A DNA stretch of 34,698 bases from an uncultured Nitrososphaerales archaeon (GCA_963713605.1 CAVQMO010000006.1:1-34698), one strand, 5' to 3'. Counted from the first letter of the stretch, positions 10,010 to 23,870 are shown. Made by a program: numbers and translations. Notes: generated by a model from the letters alone, not told the origin.

Positions 10010-11017
10010 CTACCTTCTAGTAAGACCAAATATTAAACCAACTCCAATTGCAAAATGCTCAATAATAATTATGACAAATATAATTAGGTATTTTATGTTT
10101 TGTTCCCTTAAAACGACCAGAATAGAAGTCCCCAAAACAGCGATTGCATAACCTATGATGATGAAAAGAGCAAGGTACGCTAGATCGGGTCGAACAAGTA
10201 ATAAAGGTATGTATGACAACCAAAGTGCGATCAATATGATTGGTAATGCGAAAACGAATCTTATCGATGTTGGATGAATTCTTACGATTTTTGCCTTCCA
10301 GAAACCATACTTCATCATCCGATCAAATAATCTCGCAAGGGTGTTGTATTTTCTGTAATAGTATACGACTGCATCTGGAGTTACCATTAGCTTGTAGCCA
10401 AATTTTCGCATTCTCCAATGCAGCTCATAATCCTCACCGATAACCAAACTTTCATTATAGAGCCCGCTTTTCTCTAGTACACTCCTCCTATACATACAAA
10501 AGGACAAAGGATCAACAAAATTTGCTTTTTTGTGCCTGTAAGATGATCCAGCTCCTCCGAGAAAACTCTTTTGGGCATGATTTAATGCCTTCCCGAAGAA
10601 GGTCTCGTCATCCGGAGAATCGTGTCTACCTCCTACCCCAGCAATATCGGGAGAAGACCTAAGAATGGAAACCAGCTTTGCGATATACGAAGTGCTCGGT
10701 TGTGAATGACCATCTATATATAAAACAAATTCTGAAGAAGAATTCCTTATTCCAATATTTCTTCCGGCTGCCTGAATCCTGTTTGGATTGTCGTATATTC
10801 TTATAATATCCGGAAATCTATTCACATATTTCTCCGCAATAATCCTCGTCTGATCTTCAGACATACCATCGATCACTACGATCTCAAAACTATCTCTAGG
10901 GAAATCCTGATTCAGTAATGAATCGAGACATCTTCCGATATAGCGCTGCTCATTTCTTACGGCCACTATAATAACTACTTTTTTGATGTGACGCACAGGT
11001 TCTTCATTTGACAACAT
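10010..11017 (-). CDS. GT2 glycosyltransferase (ExoA-like) with C-terminal TM helices
   Basis: IIVAVRNE, VIDGMSED, AGRNIGI, IDGH, GEDYEL..R, hydrophobic C-terminus. Confidence 0.92.
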   Translation of the reverse strand: MLSNEEPVRHIKKVVIIVAVRNEQRYIGRCLDSLLNQDFPRDSFEIVVIDGMSEDQTRIIAEKYVNRFPDIIRIYDNPNRIQAAGRNIGIRNSSSEFVLYIDGHSQPSTSYIAKLVSILRSSPDIAGVGGRHDSPDDETFFGKALNHAQKSFLGGAGSSYRHKKANFVDPLSFCMYRRSVLEKSGLYNESLVIGEDYELHWRMRKFGYKLMVTPDAVVYYYRKYNTLARLFDRMMKYGFWKAKIVRIHPTSIRFVFALPIILIALWLSYIPLLLVRPDLAYLALFIIIGYAIAVLGTSILVVLREQNIKYLIIFVIIIIEHFAIGVGLIFGLTRR

Positions 11018-11362
11018 GTCCGCTGGAATCTACACAAGTAACATAAAATAAATTAGCCAGAATATCACTCTTCCGTATTACGCATATTATCAAACATGCG
11101 CAGAAGACATCATACATAATGTTCGAATAAAGAATCGGCTTATGCCCGCTGTTATACTTTTGTATCCTAGTTCTGAGCAATCCTCCGCAACATTCATATC
11201 ATTTCATCTAATGATGAGAAAGAAACTAATCTATACTGATCTTATCGCGATTTAAATTTGAGTCGGCTCTCAAAGAATACAAAGTGAAATTAGCACTTTT
11301 AATATCTCCATAAAAGGAAATTTTACATTAAGTTAAAATAGTTCTGTCTGAGATTACCCCGT

Positions 11363-12429
11363 GTGGGAGTTCTTGTCACTGGCGGGGCTGGTTTCATAGG
11401 TAGGCATCTTGTAAAAGCCCTCCTAAAAAGCGAAGAATTTAAGGTAACTGTAGTGGATGACCTTTCAAATAGTAATCAACTAGATTTCTATAAATTCATA
11501 TCAGAAGGAGATGCTCATATCCTGTCTCAGTTTTTGACCAGAGATCAACTTTCATTTTATAAAGTCGAATTAGCACAAAAGTGCTCTCAAAAGAATATTT
11601 GAAAAAGAGTGTGTTGATACATGTATACACTTGGCCGCAAGGGTTAGCGAGGTCAACTCGCTAAGGGATCCAAACTCAGTTTTCGCAACTAATGTAGACG
11701 GTACACGAAATCTTCTGTCTCTATCAGCTCTAGCTCATACGCAGAGCTTTGTGTTTGCCTCTTCGGCGGCGGTATACGGTAATTCGAGACGTAGGCCGCT
11801 AGCGGAAGAAGATCTGACGGTTCCTATATCTGCATACGGCAAAAGTAAGCTCTACGGAGAACAGCTAGTAGCTGAGATCTAATTCCAAGATCCCAAATGC
11901 CATATGCTTGAGAGTATTCAATGTTTATGGGGGGAGTCAGTCGGAGTCTTGTGCCGGAGTAATATCGAGATTCAGTGATCGAATTTCTAAAGGTCTTCCA
12001 CCAATTATATATGGTGACGGAAATCAAACGCGTGATTTTGTGAGTATAGATGATGTTGTGGAATCGATCACTTTGGCTGCGGGTCTTGAAAGGAAGCATA
12101 TTACTGAACATGATAAAGAACTTTCATTTGTGAACGGACGGCACAATTATCATGACAAGAAGTCGTTCATAAGACAGAGCGTATTTAATGTGGGAACTGG
12201 CGTCCCTACCACTATATTTGACCTTACGAAGATTATAGCAGAATTGGCTACTAACGATCCCCAGTATCTTGGACCGATTTATGAATATGCGCGAGATGTG
12301 GGTATAATTGACAGTTATGCGAATACGAAGAATTCTAGCATTAATCTTGGATTCAATGCCAGAGTGACTTTAAGGTCGGGGCTTGCGAGAGCTATAGCTA
12401 TACGAAACACTAATTTACTAGTTAGTTGA
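11363..12429 (+). CDS. NAD-dependent nucleotide-sugar epimerase/dehydratase (extended SDR, GalE-like), split by two frameshifts
   Basis: TGGAGFIG, HLAA, SSAAVYG, YGKSK (YxxxK), RVFNVYG, GDGNQTRDFV, FNVGTG spread over three consecutive ORFs. Confidence 0.9.
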
Positions 12430-12765
12430 GCTCTCTTAATTCTGGCTTTTATCATTCGTCCAAGTTAAGGGTGAATATACATTCTGTGAATACGTTTTGG
12501 TAGTCAGAAATGCAATCTCAGCTAGGCATAGTCGAACAATACCTCTCCCAACCTTTATCTTTTAATCATTAAGCCTGCGGCCTGCTCAACCTGATTGCGT
12601 GAGTGACATTTCAAGTTCGATATCATTGATCCACTTTGGTGATTTCGCGAATCATGATCTTCGATAATGGCGCGCGCCTCGCGCTACTATCGGGGTATAG
12701 CTAATTTCAGTGCCGAATCTTGCCTTATTCTTTCATTTGGTAGACATCTATAATCATCTCTTGAA

Positions 12766-13773
12766 TTATTCTACGTCAAGAAAATTTTTAAGATTGCTGA
12801 TTTTTTTCTCATACTCATTTAACCTTTCAGATCTAAGTTCACGCATTTCTTTTTTTAATTCTTCCTTTCTTTCCTGTGCTATTCTAATAGCTCTTTTGAT
12901 ATCATTTTGAGTATTATTAACATGGATTGTTCCTTTGTTAAAGTATCTCTTCAACGGATCCGAGTTGGAAGTTATCAATGGCAGACCTAAGGCAACTGCT
13001 TCGTAAGCACCAGCTACCATTGTCCTACCGCTCGTAGTAAGATCCATTATTGCATCCACCTGTTGAATAAGATGAACATAATCAACATAATGTAGAAAAC
13101 CAGTAAAGAAGATGTTAGGAGATTTTTTACTTCACTGTCGATGGTAAATATTCGCTGAATCGCCAGTTATGAAAAATTTTATGTCAGATAATTCGGCTGC
13201 TGCTTTAAGAACTTCTTCCAGAGGTTCATCCTCCGCAAAAGATGATATGACTGCTATTTTAAACACTTCTTCGGGATTAGAGCTTATTTGATACCCTTTG
13301 CTCATAGAAAGTTCAGCAGCCAAATCAGGAACGGGATCTTCCAAGACAATAGGTTTTATGCTATAATTGGTAATGAGGAGATTCTGTAATTCCAAATTAG
13401 TAACTATATTTGCATTCGCCCTTTGCATCACAAATTTACTTATACGCCTGGACCATGGTCTTTCTATCGCACCTGTATGCAGGTCAATCAAAACTTTGGG
13501 TCTGGATTTCTGACTGCAAAAGTAGCAGTATAACGTCACAACAAATGCACAAGATATAGGCGGACTTTGACAGAATACTATGCCCGGTCTCTCTTTTAAA
13601 AGGATTCGTAGAGTCTTGATGTATAGCACTGGATGCTTCACTCGAGAGGTCGACAGTAGATAGAGCGAAGCACCCAAATGCTTCGATATACTACGGGCCC
13701 TAATACTATGGCTACCCCAAACAAAAAACAGAATTCTCAAACCACTATTTCTCCAAACGCTCGTCAAATACAC
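12766..13773 (-). CDS. GT4 (GT-B) glycosyltransferase, frameshifted near 13135
   Basis: QSPP, IDLHT, SSFAEDEP, then FFTGFL in the next frame and AYEAVALGLPLITS. Confidence 0.85.
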
Positions 13774-13944
13774 CTACATGTAAATATTCAATTTATATGA
13801 TTTGGTCATATTTCACAAAGTGAAATAATCTGACTAAAGGGCTTATTTACATCTAGATTTCAGCCAAAGAAATTGAATCATATAGGACATACTCCAAAAG
13901 TTAATACGTCTGACCTCAACTATAAATAAAATTCTCCATTAGAG

Positions 13945-16900
13945 ATGAAAGCTAAGAACAGCAACAGCATTTTACGTTTTTTACTAATTTCTATTTATCA
14001 CAACAACATTATCTTAATCCTACCGGGGGCATTTATATCAGGTATTCTAATACTTTATATCCTTTCTGTATTGTTTCTAATACCTTTTGAAATCGTAATC
14101 CCATTAGCCGTTATCCTATCTGTTTTAATCATTGCTTTGACCAAGTATTACTCCTTCGGTTACCTAAATAGAATAAAGGGACACAATCCTAATTCGCCTC
14201 GATTTACAAGATTGGGCCCCCCTTCATCTTCTGAGAAGATTAAGAAGAATAGGATAAACCAAAAAAATGGTGAAGATGAAATGCTAAATGCATTATTCGT
14301 TATCATGTATCTTGTTCTGCTAGCAGTATCCAGCTTGGGGTTATTCTATAGCCCTTCTCTTTCTGTGAGTAAATTATTATTCATACCATGGGAGAATCTG
14401 CTTGCCAACCCAGTCAACCTTTTGCTTCTCTCATCAGCGATTGCTCTTTGCTTCTTTCTACCAGGATATGCTATTGTTAAAATTCTCTCAAACATGAAAG
14501 GTGATCATTCTAAATATCTATTACCCATTCTAAAACAACCATTACCTAGGGTTCTAATTGCATACCTCTTCAGTGTCTTTATTACAGGATCAACTGGATA
14601 TATAGTTCCATCCTTATCTGAAGTAAATTTAGGGTACTTGACAGTTTTCGGAAATACTCAGCTCTTCCTGAATATTCCGAATCTGACCAGCATTATACTC
14701 CTTGTTATTTATGGTACAATCCTTGTTTTTTTTGCTAAACATCAAAGGGTAAAGGTAATACCAGTTCTCATGTCACCAGGTAAACAATACAACAATTTCA
14801 AGGTAGTTTTTTTTTCATTTGAAGATAAACTGAGATCTTATTTTACTTGTGACGGAAATAGATCAAAAGTTATTATCTTTGCGAGTTGGTTTGCATTAGT
14901 TATTTTTTACACATATTATCTTAATGATGGCGAAATCATTACGGATCAATGGTTTCATCACGGTAGGGCTCTTCTAATTAATTCTGGCTTTTTTAAAGCA
15001 GTAGGAGCATCTGGAGAAGATGCTTTCTGGAATCCGCCATTCTTTCCTTCTCTTCTGGCAGCATTTTTCAATTTATCTGGTGTTCCTTCTGTTAACGCAT
15101 ACGTAACAATAGACTTTCTAAATATGATCCCGGTCATTGCATTTTATTATTTCTTCACAGGATGGGTTATCGATAAGAGGAAAAGGGCTGGTTTGTTGGC
15201 GACAACACTATTTATGTTAGGATCAGGGTTCGGATGGATTGTAGCAATAGTTATAACGGCTGCTTCTCCTCCGGTGAGCACGATATCATCACTTGAAACT
15301 TTAGACCAAGTTTCTTTCATATCATATGACGTGGGCCTCCCCAACACGTTTGTCAACGTAAATCATCCTGATATCACAACACCTTTAGTTATAGTTGCCA
15401 TTCCCGCGGGGTTTACATTACTCGGTTTAATAGGAAATATAAAAAAAATTCAAGAACAGCAAAGATCGATAACATTGATCAATAGAGAAACCGACATATC
15501 AGGTACGGTCAATCCGTTGAGATCGAAAGCTCGAGCTGTGGGTTTTGTTACCATCATCATGACAATTACTACGCTTCTAGGTATTCTAGCCCATGATGAA
15601 TTTTACTTTTTTGTTATAATTTCGTGTATTGTTATGATATTATTAATTCGAAGGCCAATAATGTTTCCTTTCATCTATTCTTCTATTTTTGCTTCATTCT
15701 TGTGTGCTATGATATTGATTATTTTGTTGGATCTCTTCATTTCACCGACAGAATATTATATGATTAGAGTTATATCGAATTATCCTCTAATCTCTCTTAC
15801 TTTTATATTTGTGTCCGTCTTCCTTATGCTACATATAGTAACGACTTCAAACATAATGAAACAACACTACGTAGACAAATTCGAAGGAAAAATCAGACGA
15901 TTGTCAATTAGGAATCTGAATACAACCATCCAACACGAGATACCAAAAATAGTAGCATTTATAGCCTTTAGTGAGACAACAATGAAGAATCTAGTTCGCA
16001 ACCATCCTAAGGTTCTCAATATATCTAAAATTGCTTTCTCTATAATCATAGTTTCAGTAGTATCTTATCTGTATTTATTTACCTTTATAGTATGGGAACA
16101 GCTTTCGGAATCGGACATTCGTTCCCAAGTCGATCTGCAGTCCGAGTATAATACTCCGTGGTATTTCATTCCTATGAAGCTTGGCTTGCCAGGGTTATTG
16201 GGACTTTCGTTTCTTCTTTCATTCATTTTTAAGAGATTTGAGAGAGAAGTATTCGTTTTTGGGATAATCGGGATCATTGCCTTGCTGGCTGGGCCATATT
16301 ATAATGAACACAGATTTGGAAAATATGTCATGGCGGGTATGGCTTCCTTAGCAGCTCTGCTAATTTATAATTTGATATCATTTAAGGCTTATAATCCGGG
16401 CTGTTCTAATTTTATCTCTATTCTAAGCTATCGGTTGAGGCTGAGGCCGATGGTTAACGGAGTTATTCTTGGACTAATTGTTACTTTTAGTGGTATGTCT
16501 GTATTTATGTACGCCGGGTATTATGACTTTATTAATCAGATCCCGGATTGGGGTGAGGGAGATCGAAGAGACTCCCCTACAATGTTAGAAATGAATATGC
16601 TCAATTTTCTACGAGATCAGATGGCTAATGATCCTCGAATCTATAATATTGCGATGCCTGAAAGCGAAGCAAACCCTACCAGACCTGGATTAATTAATAA
16701 AATCTATGGTTTCACACCTGTGCCCATACCCAAGCTTGTTCAAGGCCCATTAATCTTTAATGCTTCGACTTTGGAAGATTTCTATAGACTACTGGAATCT
16801 ACCGACACAAAATATATTCTACTCCCAAAGAAGTTTATTGTTGATGAGCTTGGAGATATTCAATTTTCACCAACTTCTTTTTTTTCCTATAGGAACGATT

Positions 16901-17908
16901 CTTTTATTCTATTCTCGTTAGAAAATTTCCCAAAGATCTACGAAGACATTAATTACATTGTCTTAGAAGTCCCGCCTCTAATACCTCCAGAATCATCTAC
17001 TCTTTCTTCGCAATCTCAATCAGCGCATCCGGCGATAGTTGGTAGCAATAACAGCGAAATTGCCTTGATATATCAGAATGATACTCAGGAACGGTTAGAG
17101 CCATTACAAGATTACTTGCGAGAAACCAATGATTCTTCAATTTCATACATCAAGGAATTGAAATACAAAAAACATTACTATCCACTTAGTATGCTCGCCT
17201 TATCTAAGGCAAAATACGGTGCTTTTGTGGATGGTGATTTATCTGCTTTTTCTAAGGAATATGTAATATTACCATTCAATCCCCCTATCAATGCGAAGTC
17301 TACTACTAATTATTCCAGAAACTATTTAGAGTACAGTCAGAAATGGAGGTAATCTTATTGTAATTGATTCCGAGGACGATTACAACATTGATAATAATAA
17401 CAATAAAACAAGAGATTCGGGAGGCATATTTCGTAAACTATTGTCAGTTAATGATAAGAATAGCACCGTTGTATATTCAGCCACCTCACCTTTTGTAATT
17501 GAGAGAGAATACGGAAATGGCAAGTTTATCTATGCAAATGCAGCCGGATACTTTCATCGAATCCTGGCTTCACCAAAAGATTCTTTTTTAACTCTTGCAA
17601 GGTTCCCCGAAATTCTCGGTCTAGAATTAGAACATGGATTAACATATCTTGAAAAAGACAGACGGGTTGCTCAAGTCGATGATACTTTGACCTCCAACCA
17701 AAATAATTCAATTGTTGCCCCAGCTATTAAGCTACCTGGCTCGGTGTCAGAACGGGCTATACAAGAGGGAATTGAAATACCTTTAGAAGAAGCATTAACC
17801 TCTACCCATAATATTATTATAGTCGTCTCTCTTGCTATTGCGGCAGCTATAGTTGGCATAAAATATATTGTTTGGCACAACAGTAAAAGACCTCAGAGAA
17901 GAGAATGA
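13945..17908 (+). CDS. Very large polytopic membrane protein (~1300 aa), possibly GT-C/AglB-like architecture with C-terminal anchor
   Basis: Many TM segments; TDQWFHHGR and HDEF motifs; soluble C-terminal region with KYILLP; ORF 17441..17908 continues after a frameshift near 17340 and ends in a TM helix plus basic tail. Confidence 0.6.
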
Positions 17909-18286
17909 TGTCGATCCAGAAGGGGATACTAAATTCTGAATTTTGTCGGATTCTAAGTGCGTGCTACTGTATATATAGATTCTTGATAGCCGCTTCTTGG
18001 TTTATGTTATTTCGACAGCAAACGGGCGAATGAATACTATTTCTAGGCGGATTCTATAACAGAGGCAAGATCAATGGGCGTGAGATTGCTTCGATCCACG
18101 CAGTTTAAGTTGGGCCAGGTTTGATCTCGATGTGCTAGTAGTGAACTTATATCTGAAATATCAACGATTGGCCTGGGCACCACATTGCTGTTGGCATGTG
18201 TCGAATTATCATTATGAATTAATATGGACCTCAAGTTTATAGTAGACACAGAAAATGGTTTCACGGAGCTAAAATGTCGAATTATT

Positions 18287-19679
18287 ATGGCCGACTTGGC
18301 TTTTCCAAATCAATCCTTTATCATCAAGCTAGTAATTCTTTGTTCGTTCGCATATGCTGTACCTGATATGATTTCTGACATTTTTTCAGCCTTTGGTCAG
18401 GAACAGGAGGATGCTCTCAGTACTGTAGCCTTGACTAATGAATCTATTAAAGGCGGGGGAGGTGAATCAGAAGAAGAGCTGGACCTTGAACCGAAGATCA
18501 GGGACGAGAACATAAAGGCAGAGTTAGTATATGAAGCGTCCATGAATCCTACAAGCATGGTTTTCCTGGATGAGAATGATATTTTACTTTTAGAGCTTGT
18601 CAATGGTCACTGTATTTAGAGTATTAAATGGGGTTTTACAACCTGAGCCTGTGCTCGATGTTAATGTATCTAGAGTAACCGGAGAGAGGGGTATGTTAGG
18701 CATAGCACAATCAAAGGGACCTCAGAGGCAAACTTATGTTTTCTTATACTACACCGAGGCTAATGTGGATGATGGTAATCCAATTGGTAACAGATTATAT
18801 AGATACGAATTTGTAGACAATAAATTGGTAAATCCTAAACTTATCCTTGACTTACCCGCATTCCCTGGACCTTATCACAATGGTGGAGCGATAACAATCG
18901 GGCCTGATGGAAACATATATGTTCCGATAGGTGATTTGTTTGATGATAAAACATTTCCCAGCACACAGGTTCAGAATATTGCTGAAGGGGAGAAACCAAA
19001 TGGATCAGGTGGCATTCTAAGGATTACACAGAATGGGAAACCGGTGGGGAATGGCATTCTGGGTCATGAACATACTTTAAACCTGTATTATGCCTACGGA
19101 ATAAGAAACAGCTTCGGAATTGATTTTGATCCTGTAACTGGTAATTTGTGGGATACCGAAAATGGGCCACTCTATGGTGATGAACTAAACCTAGTGGAAC
19201 CTGGTTTTAACAGTGGATGGAGAAGAGTTCAAGGTGTTTGGTACGATAAGGGAGGCCACTTAGGCCAGCAGCTTACTCATGCTCCCCCCCGAAATTTGGT
19301 AAACTTTAATGGAACGGGTATGTATAGCAATCCTGAATTAACGTGGAAAGTAAATGAGACTGGCCTCACCGCAATTAAATTTCTCGCGTCTGACAGACTA
19401 GGCCTGCAATATAAGAATCAGATATTTGTAGGCGATGTTTACAACGGAAATCTGTATCATTTTAAGACTAGATGAAAATAGAACAAAACCTGTTCTGGAT
19501 CCACCTTTAAGTGACAAAATAGTAGATAATAAAGAAGACTTGAAGATGTAATTTTTGGGGAGGGATTCACTGGAGGAATTACTGATATAGAAGTTGGAGA
19601 GGATGGTTATCTTTATACTCTCTCAGGGGTTTGGAGCGGTAAGGCCAAAATACATAGAATTGTTCCTATGAACGAATGA
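18287..19679 (+). CDS. Secreted PQQ-dependent glucose/sorbosone dehydrogenase (GSDH beta-propeller), paralogue 1, frameshifted
   Basis: ERGMLG, HNGG.I.IGPDG.IY..IGD, YAYGIRNSFG, LWDTENGP, DELN, NSGW; C-terminus GITDIEVGEDGYLY...TGA 19679 recovered across frameshifts near 18600, 19467 and 19541. Confidence 0.92.
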
Positions 19680-19811
19680 AGAGAGAAGAATGCTTTATCC
19701 GCTCCCTCAAAATAGAGACAGTTAGGACATAAATCCGATTTATCGCACAACCATACAGAATGAGATCCACTGAAATTATGGCACTGATATGACTGACAAA
19801 ATGAAATACTG

Positions 19812-20932
19812 TCATAAGAGAAGTTGTTCATAGACTTTATACAATTTTTTTTCCATGACTGTCCAATTGTATTTCTGTAAGAACGCATTACGTCCGTTAT
19901 TCCCTAGTTTCTCTCGTCGTTCCAGATTGTCTCTCAGAGCAAGAATTGCTTGACTCAACTGCTTAACATCGTCATATTCTACTACTATACCACATTGGGC
20001 TTCCTTAATTATTTCAGTTGCGACATTAGTAATTATTGGAACGCCGCACATCATTGCTTCAAAAAGTTTGTTGCCAACGACATACTTGTTCTGGGTATGC
20101 GAATTCAGATCATATAGCGCTACCATAGCATCTGAATCCAATTCTATTGCCAGTACTTGTTTATGTTCCAAAAATCCCATGTAAGTGATGTTGGTCGTAT
20201 TACTGATACTGCTCAATAATTTTTCATCTTCAACCCTGCCCGTGACGACTAAATCAACCCCTCTCAAATCCGTTATAGCGGAAGATAGCACTTCAAGCCC
20301 ACGATGTTTCCGTATATGACCTGTAAACGCCAATTTTAAGGTGTTCTCCTTGGGCGTTCTTAGTTTTTTTATATAGTGATCTTCGGAGCAATTCATTATT
20401 GAGACGCATTTTTTTGGCTTCCTATGAAACGTATTGATTAGTTCATCAGAAACACTTATCAAAACGTCTGCCCCTTCGGCTAGTTTTTCTTCCAGAGAAT
20501 TAGTAAATGAATATAGCCGTCTAAAAAAACTATTCTTCAGCGGAATATAGGCCATAGCATGTCGGTCAAAAACATCGAATACAAGCTTCTACTATCTCCA
20601 AATACCTTCTTGTATAAGTAGCATGGTGGCATCGTCTCTAAGTCGCATGCGTGGACAACCTTAGGTCGATGCCAGAACAGCTTGACGGTCACCCAGAACC
20701 AAAAAAGAGGAAGATATGGAAGTAATAATGGGTTTCCCGACGGTGCTTTAAGATTGAAAAATTTAAAGACCGCTCCATCGCTATCGATTTTCTCTTTTGG
20801 CATTTTTGATCCTTCTCTGTTCCAGCAGAGCACTAAAGTTGAGTATCTTTTGCTAAGGGATTTTATGATCTTCTGGTCTCTCATAGACGGCTGGTTTATA
20901 ATTGCGTCGGCTTTGACCAGGGTCACATCCAT
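19812..20932 (-). CDS. GT4 glycosyltransferase, frameshifted near 20590
   Basis: VVHACDLET, VFDVFDRHA, NCSE, FTG...HRGLE, NKLFEAMMCGVPII. Confidence 0.9.
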
Positions 20933-21291
20933 CAAGTTAGTGAATTTACCTAAACAGTTTCGTATGGCCAAACTGGTAATAACCTTTCGGTAAAAATAGT
21001 CAGTTGACAATAGAAAATGGATTGGCATTATTGCAGTATTCATGTGTACGTCTAATACTACTGCGTGTTAGTATGCTTCTAAATAAGACGACGAATTTTA
21101 GTTCAGGCGGGTGGTTGGGGTTTTAGATCGGGCTAGACCTGACTTCGCACTTATGAACAAGAAAGACCTTGGGTTAAAGGTTGAACACGGAGCAACGCAA
21201 CCGCCGATAGAACCAAATGACAGAATAAAGATCAGCCGAATCGTAGACAGTAGATAATCTTAATAAAACATTCAACTGCTCCTTCCATTGA

Positions 21292-22444
21292 TTGATTTCG
21301 CTAACCATACCTACATTTACTAAGGAGATGGAAGAGGTAGCTGTTAACGCTCTTCAAAATGAGATGCTTGTTGGAGGCGAAAGTGTAGATAAGTTTGAAG
21401 ACGAATTCGCGAGATATATAGGAACTGATTATGCCGTGGCAGTTAACTCGGGATCTTCTGCCCTCTTGTTGACTTTTTACTCACTCGACATCAAACCTAG
21501 AGATAAGGTGTTAGCACCGTCGGCCACCTTTGTTGCAACAGTAAATGGGTCATCGATACTTGGAGGCGTACCGATTTTCTGTGAAATTGGCAATGACTAT
21601 TTAATTTCGCCAGAATCATTAGAGCTGACTATGAATACCAATCCTGATGTAAAATACATAATTCCTGTGCATCTTTACGGACATCCGTGTAATATGGATG
21701 GAATTATAGAGTTTGCCCAACGTAAAGATGCCGCGATAGTAGAAGATGCAGCACAAGCTCATGGTGCAAAATATAAAGCAAAAAGAGTGGGTTGTTTTGG
21801 AAAGGCAGCAATATTTAGTTTCTATCCTACAAAAAACATGACGGTTTGTGGCGACGGCGGAATGATTACAACAAATATTAAAAAAATCTACGAGTCTGCG
21901 AAAAAGATGCGAGATGTGGGACGAGTAACAAAGTACACGCATGATAAGATAGCATACGCTTTAAGGTTGAATTCGGTGAACGCCAGCTATAGGCAGAGTA
22001 CAGCTTAGGTATCTTGATGAATGGAACGAAAAAAGACGATCATTGGCAAAGAATTATTACAATAAGCTGAGCGGAGTGGGAGATTTGATCTTACCTCCAA
22101 AGCCGGATGCTAATGCGAACCCTGTTTACCATATGTACGTAATTAGAACTAACCAACGAAACGCACTAGGAGCGTGGCTTTTGATGAATAATGTTTCCAC
22201 TGGAGTACATTATCCGATACCTGTACATAGACAGCCCGCCTATCAAGTGTATCAGAATAAAATTAACTTGAGGTTCACGGATCAATGGAGTAACACAGTT
22301 CTTTCACTACCAATTTACCCAGGACTCGACTATATTAACCAGGAATATGTAATAGAAACGATTAATCAATTTTATGAGAATAGACTTTATGAGTCAAAAA
22401 GTGTAAAAGATGCAGAGCAAGCATGGTCAAAAAAATTAGTTTAG
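21292..22444 (+). CDS. DegT/DnrJ/EryC1/StrS PLP-dependent sugar aminotransferase (WbpE-like), frameshifted near 21985
   Basis: AVNSGSSAL, PVHLYG, EDAAQAHGA, FSFYPTKNM (PLP Lys), HYPIPVH, LSLPIYP. Confidence 0.93.
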
Positions 22445-23413
22445 CTCTTCTAGGAGGCGGCTACTGGGGAAGTAAACTTGCATATGAATATAATCAATTC
22501 CAGAAGGAAATAGGTAATGATCAATTTAGTTTTATTGGCATTGCTGACACAGACAAGAAAAGACTTCTAGAAATTGGAAATTTACTCAACCTTCCAACTT
22601 CTATGCTATTTACTGATGTTGAAAAATGTTTGAAAAACCCGGAAATTGATGCTATTCACATCGCGACACCGAGTGAAACACATTACAATCTTGCCAATCA
22701 AGGCCTCCTAGAAAACAAGCACATTTTGCTAGAAAAGCCCATGGCTTTAGACAGTAGAAGTGCTTTCAGACTAGCAAGACTGGCAGAAAAAAATGGTCGG
22801 ATTCTCCTTGTGGGTCACATCTTTAGGTTTAATGCTGCGTTGACTAGCGCTAAGCTAATATTGGAAAAATCAGGAATAGGAAAGATAAATTATCTACAAT
22901 TGTCATGGCTTGATGAATTAAATCCGATACCTAGCAGGGATATAATTTTTGATTTGCTTCCTCATCCTATAGATATTATCAACTATTTAACTGACGAATG
23001 GCCCTCTTCGATATACACACAATCAATATCATATACTCGACCCCCTGGAAGAGAAATGGAGGACATGGCTTTCATTATTTTGGAAATGCCAGACAAAACA
23101 TCAGTTCAGATAACTCTGAGTTGGATTGCACATGGAATAAAGGAAAGAAGTATTATGATTACAGGATCAGAAGCTACAATGTCTGTCGATGCATTATCTC
23201 AAGATATCAAGATTTGCAATTCCAGCGGGAAAAAAGATGTAACGGTCGTCAAGAACAATACAATAAAATCAATGGTAACTCACTTTGTGGAATGCATCCA
23301 TGGGAAGGATAATCCAAGGAATACGCTCACTTGTCGGAGCCATGACTGTTAATGTTCTGTCTTCTGCAAGACGAAGTTTGGATGAAAAAAGGGGTTTAAA
23401 GATACTTGAATAA
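22423..23413 (+). CDS. Gfo/Idh/MocA oxidoreductase (WbpB-like), C-terminal frameshift near 23325
   Basis: LLGGGYWG, IATPSETH, EKPMA, VGHIFRFN, DLLPHPID; overlaps both neighbours. Confidence 0.9.
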
Positions 23414-23870
23414 AAGAAGGTTTTCTGTAATTAAGGACGTAGCTATTGGCGCTGACAGTCGAATATATGATCAAGTTAATCTACATAAATGTCAGATTGG
23501 AAAAGAATCAAAAATAGATGCCTTTGTGTATATCGAAGAGGGGGTCATTATAGGGAGTCGCGTCAAGATTAGACCATTTACTTTCATTCCAACAGGGGTT
23601 ACAATTGAGGACGATGTATTTATTGGTCCAAGTGTGACTTTTACCAATGACAAATACCCGAAGATCGGTGCTAATTGGAGATTACTTAGAACGACGATTA
23701 AGAAGGGAGCAAGTATTGGTGCAGGATCGGTCATACTTCCCGTAACTGTAGGAGAAAATTCGCTAATAGGGGCAGGCTCAGTGGTGACCAAGGATATTCC
23801 TGAAAATGTAACTGTTGCGGGAAATCCAGCAAGGGTCATTAAGATAAAGCGAGACCCAGACAATATTTAG
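23406..23870 (+). CDS. Hexapeptide-repeat N-acetyltransferase (WbpD-like)
   Basis: GVTIEDDVFIGPSVTFTND.YP, GASIGAGSVILP, GAGSVVTKD, GNPAR. Confidence 0.92.
   Translation: MNKRRFSVIKDVAIGADSRIYDQVNLHKCQIGKESKIDAFVYIEEGVIIGSRVKIRPFTFIPTGVTIEDDVFIGPSVTFTNDKYPKIGANWRLLRTTIKKGASIGAGSVILPVTVGENSLIGAGSVVTKDIPENVTVAGNPARVIKIKRDPDNI

Noticed and set aside
21100..21250. tRNA or ncRNA in the GC-richer intergenic stretch (also the GGCGCGCGCC palindrome near 12669)
   Set aside because: No cloverleaf, T-loop consensus or extended stem could be found.
11363..23413. Programmed frameshifting or phase variation in glycan genes
   Set aside because: Breaks occur in all gene classes and mostly in short runs, with no consistent slippery motif; sequencing error is simpler.
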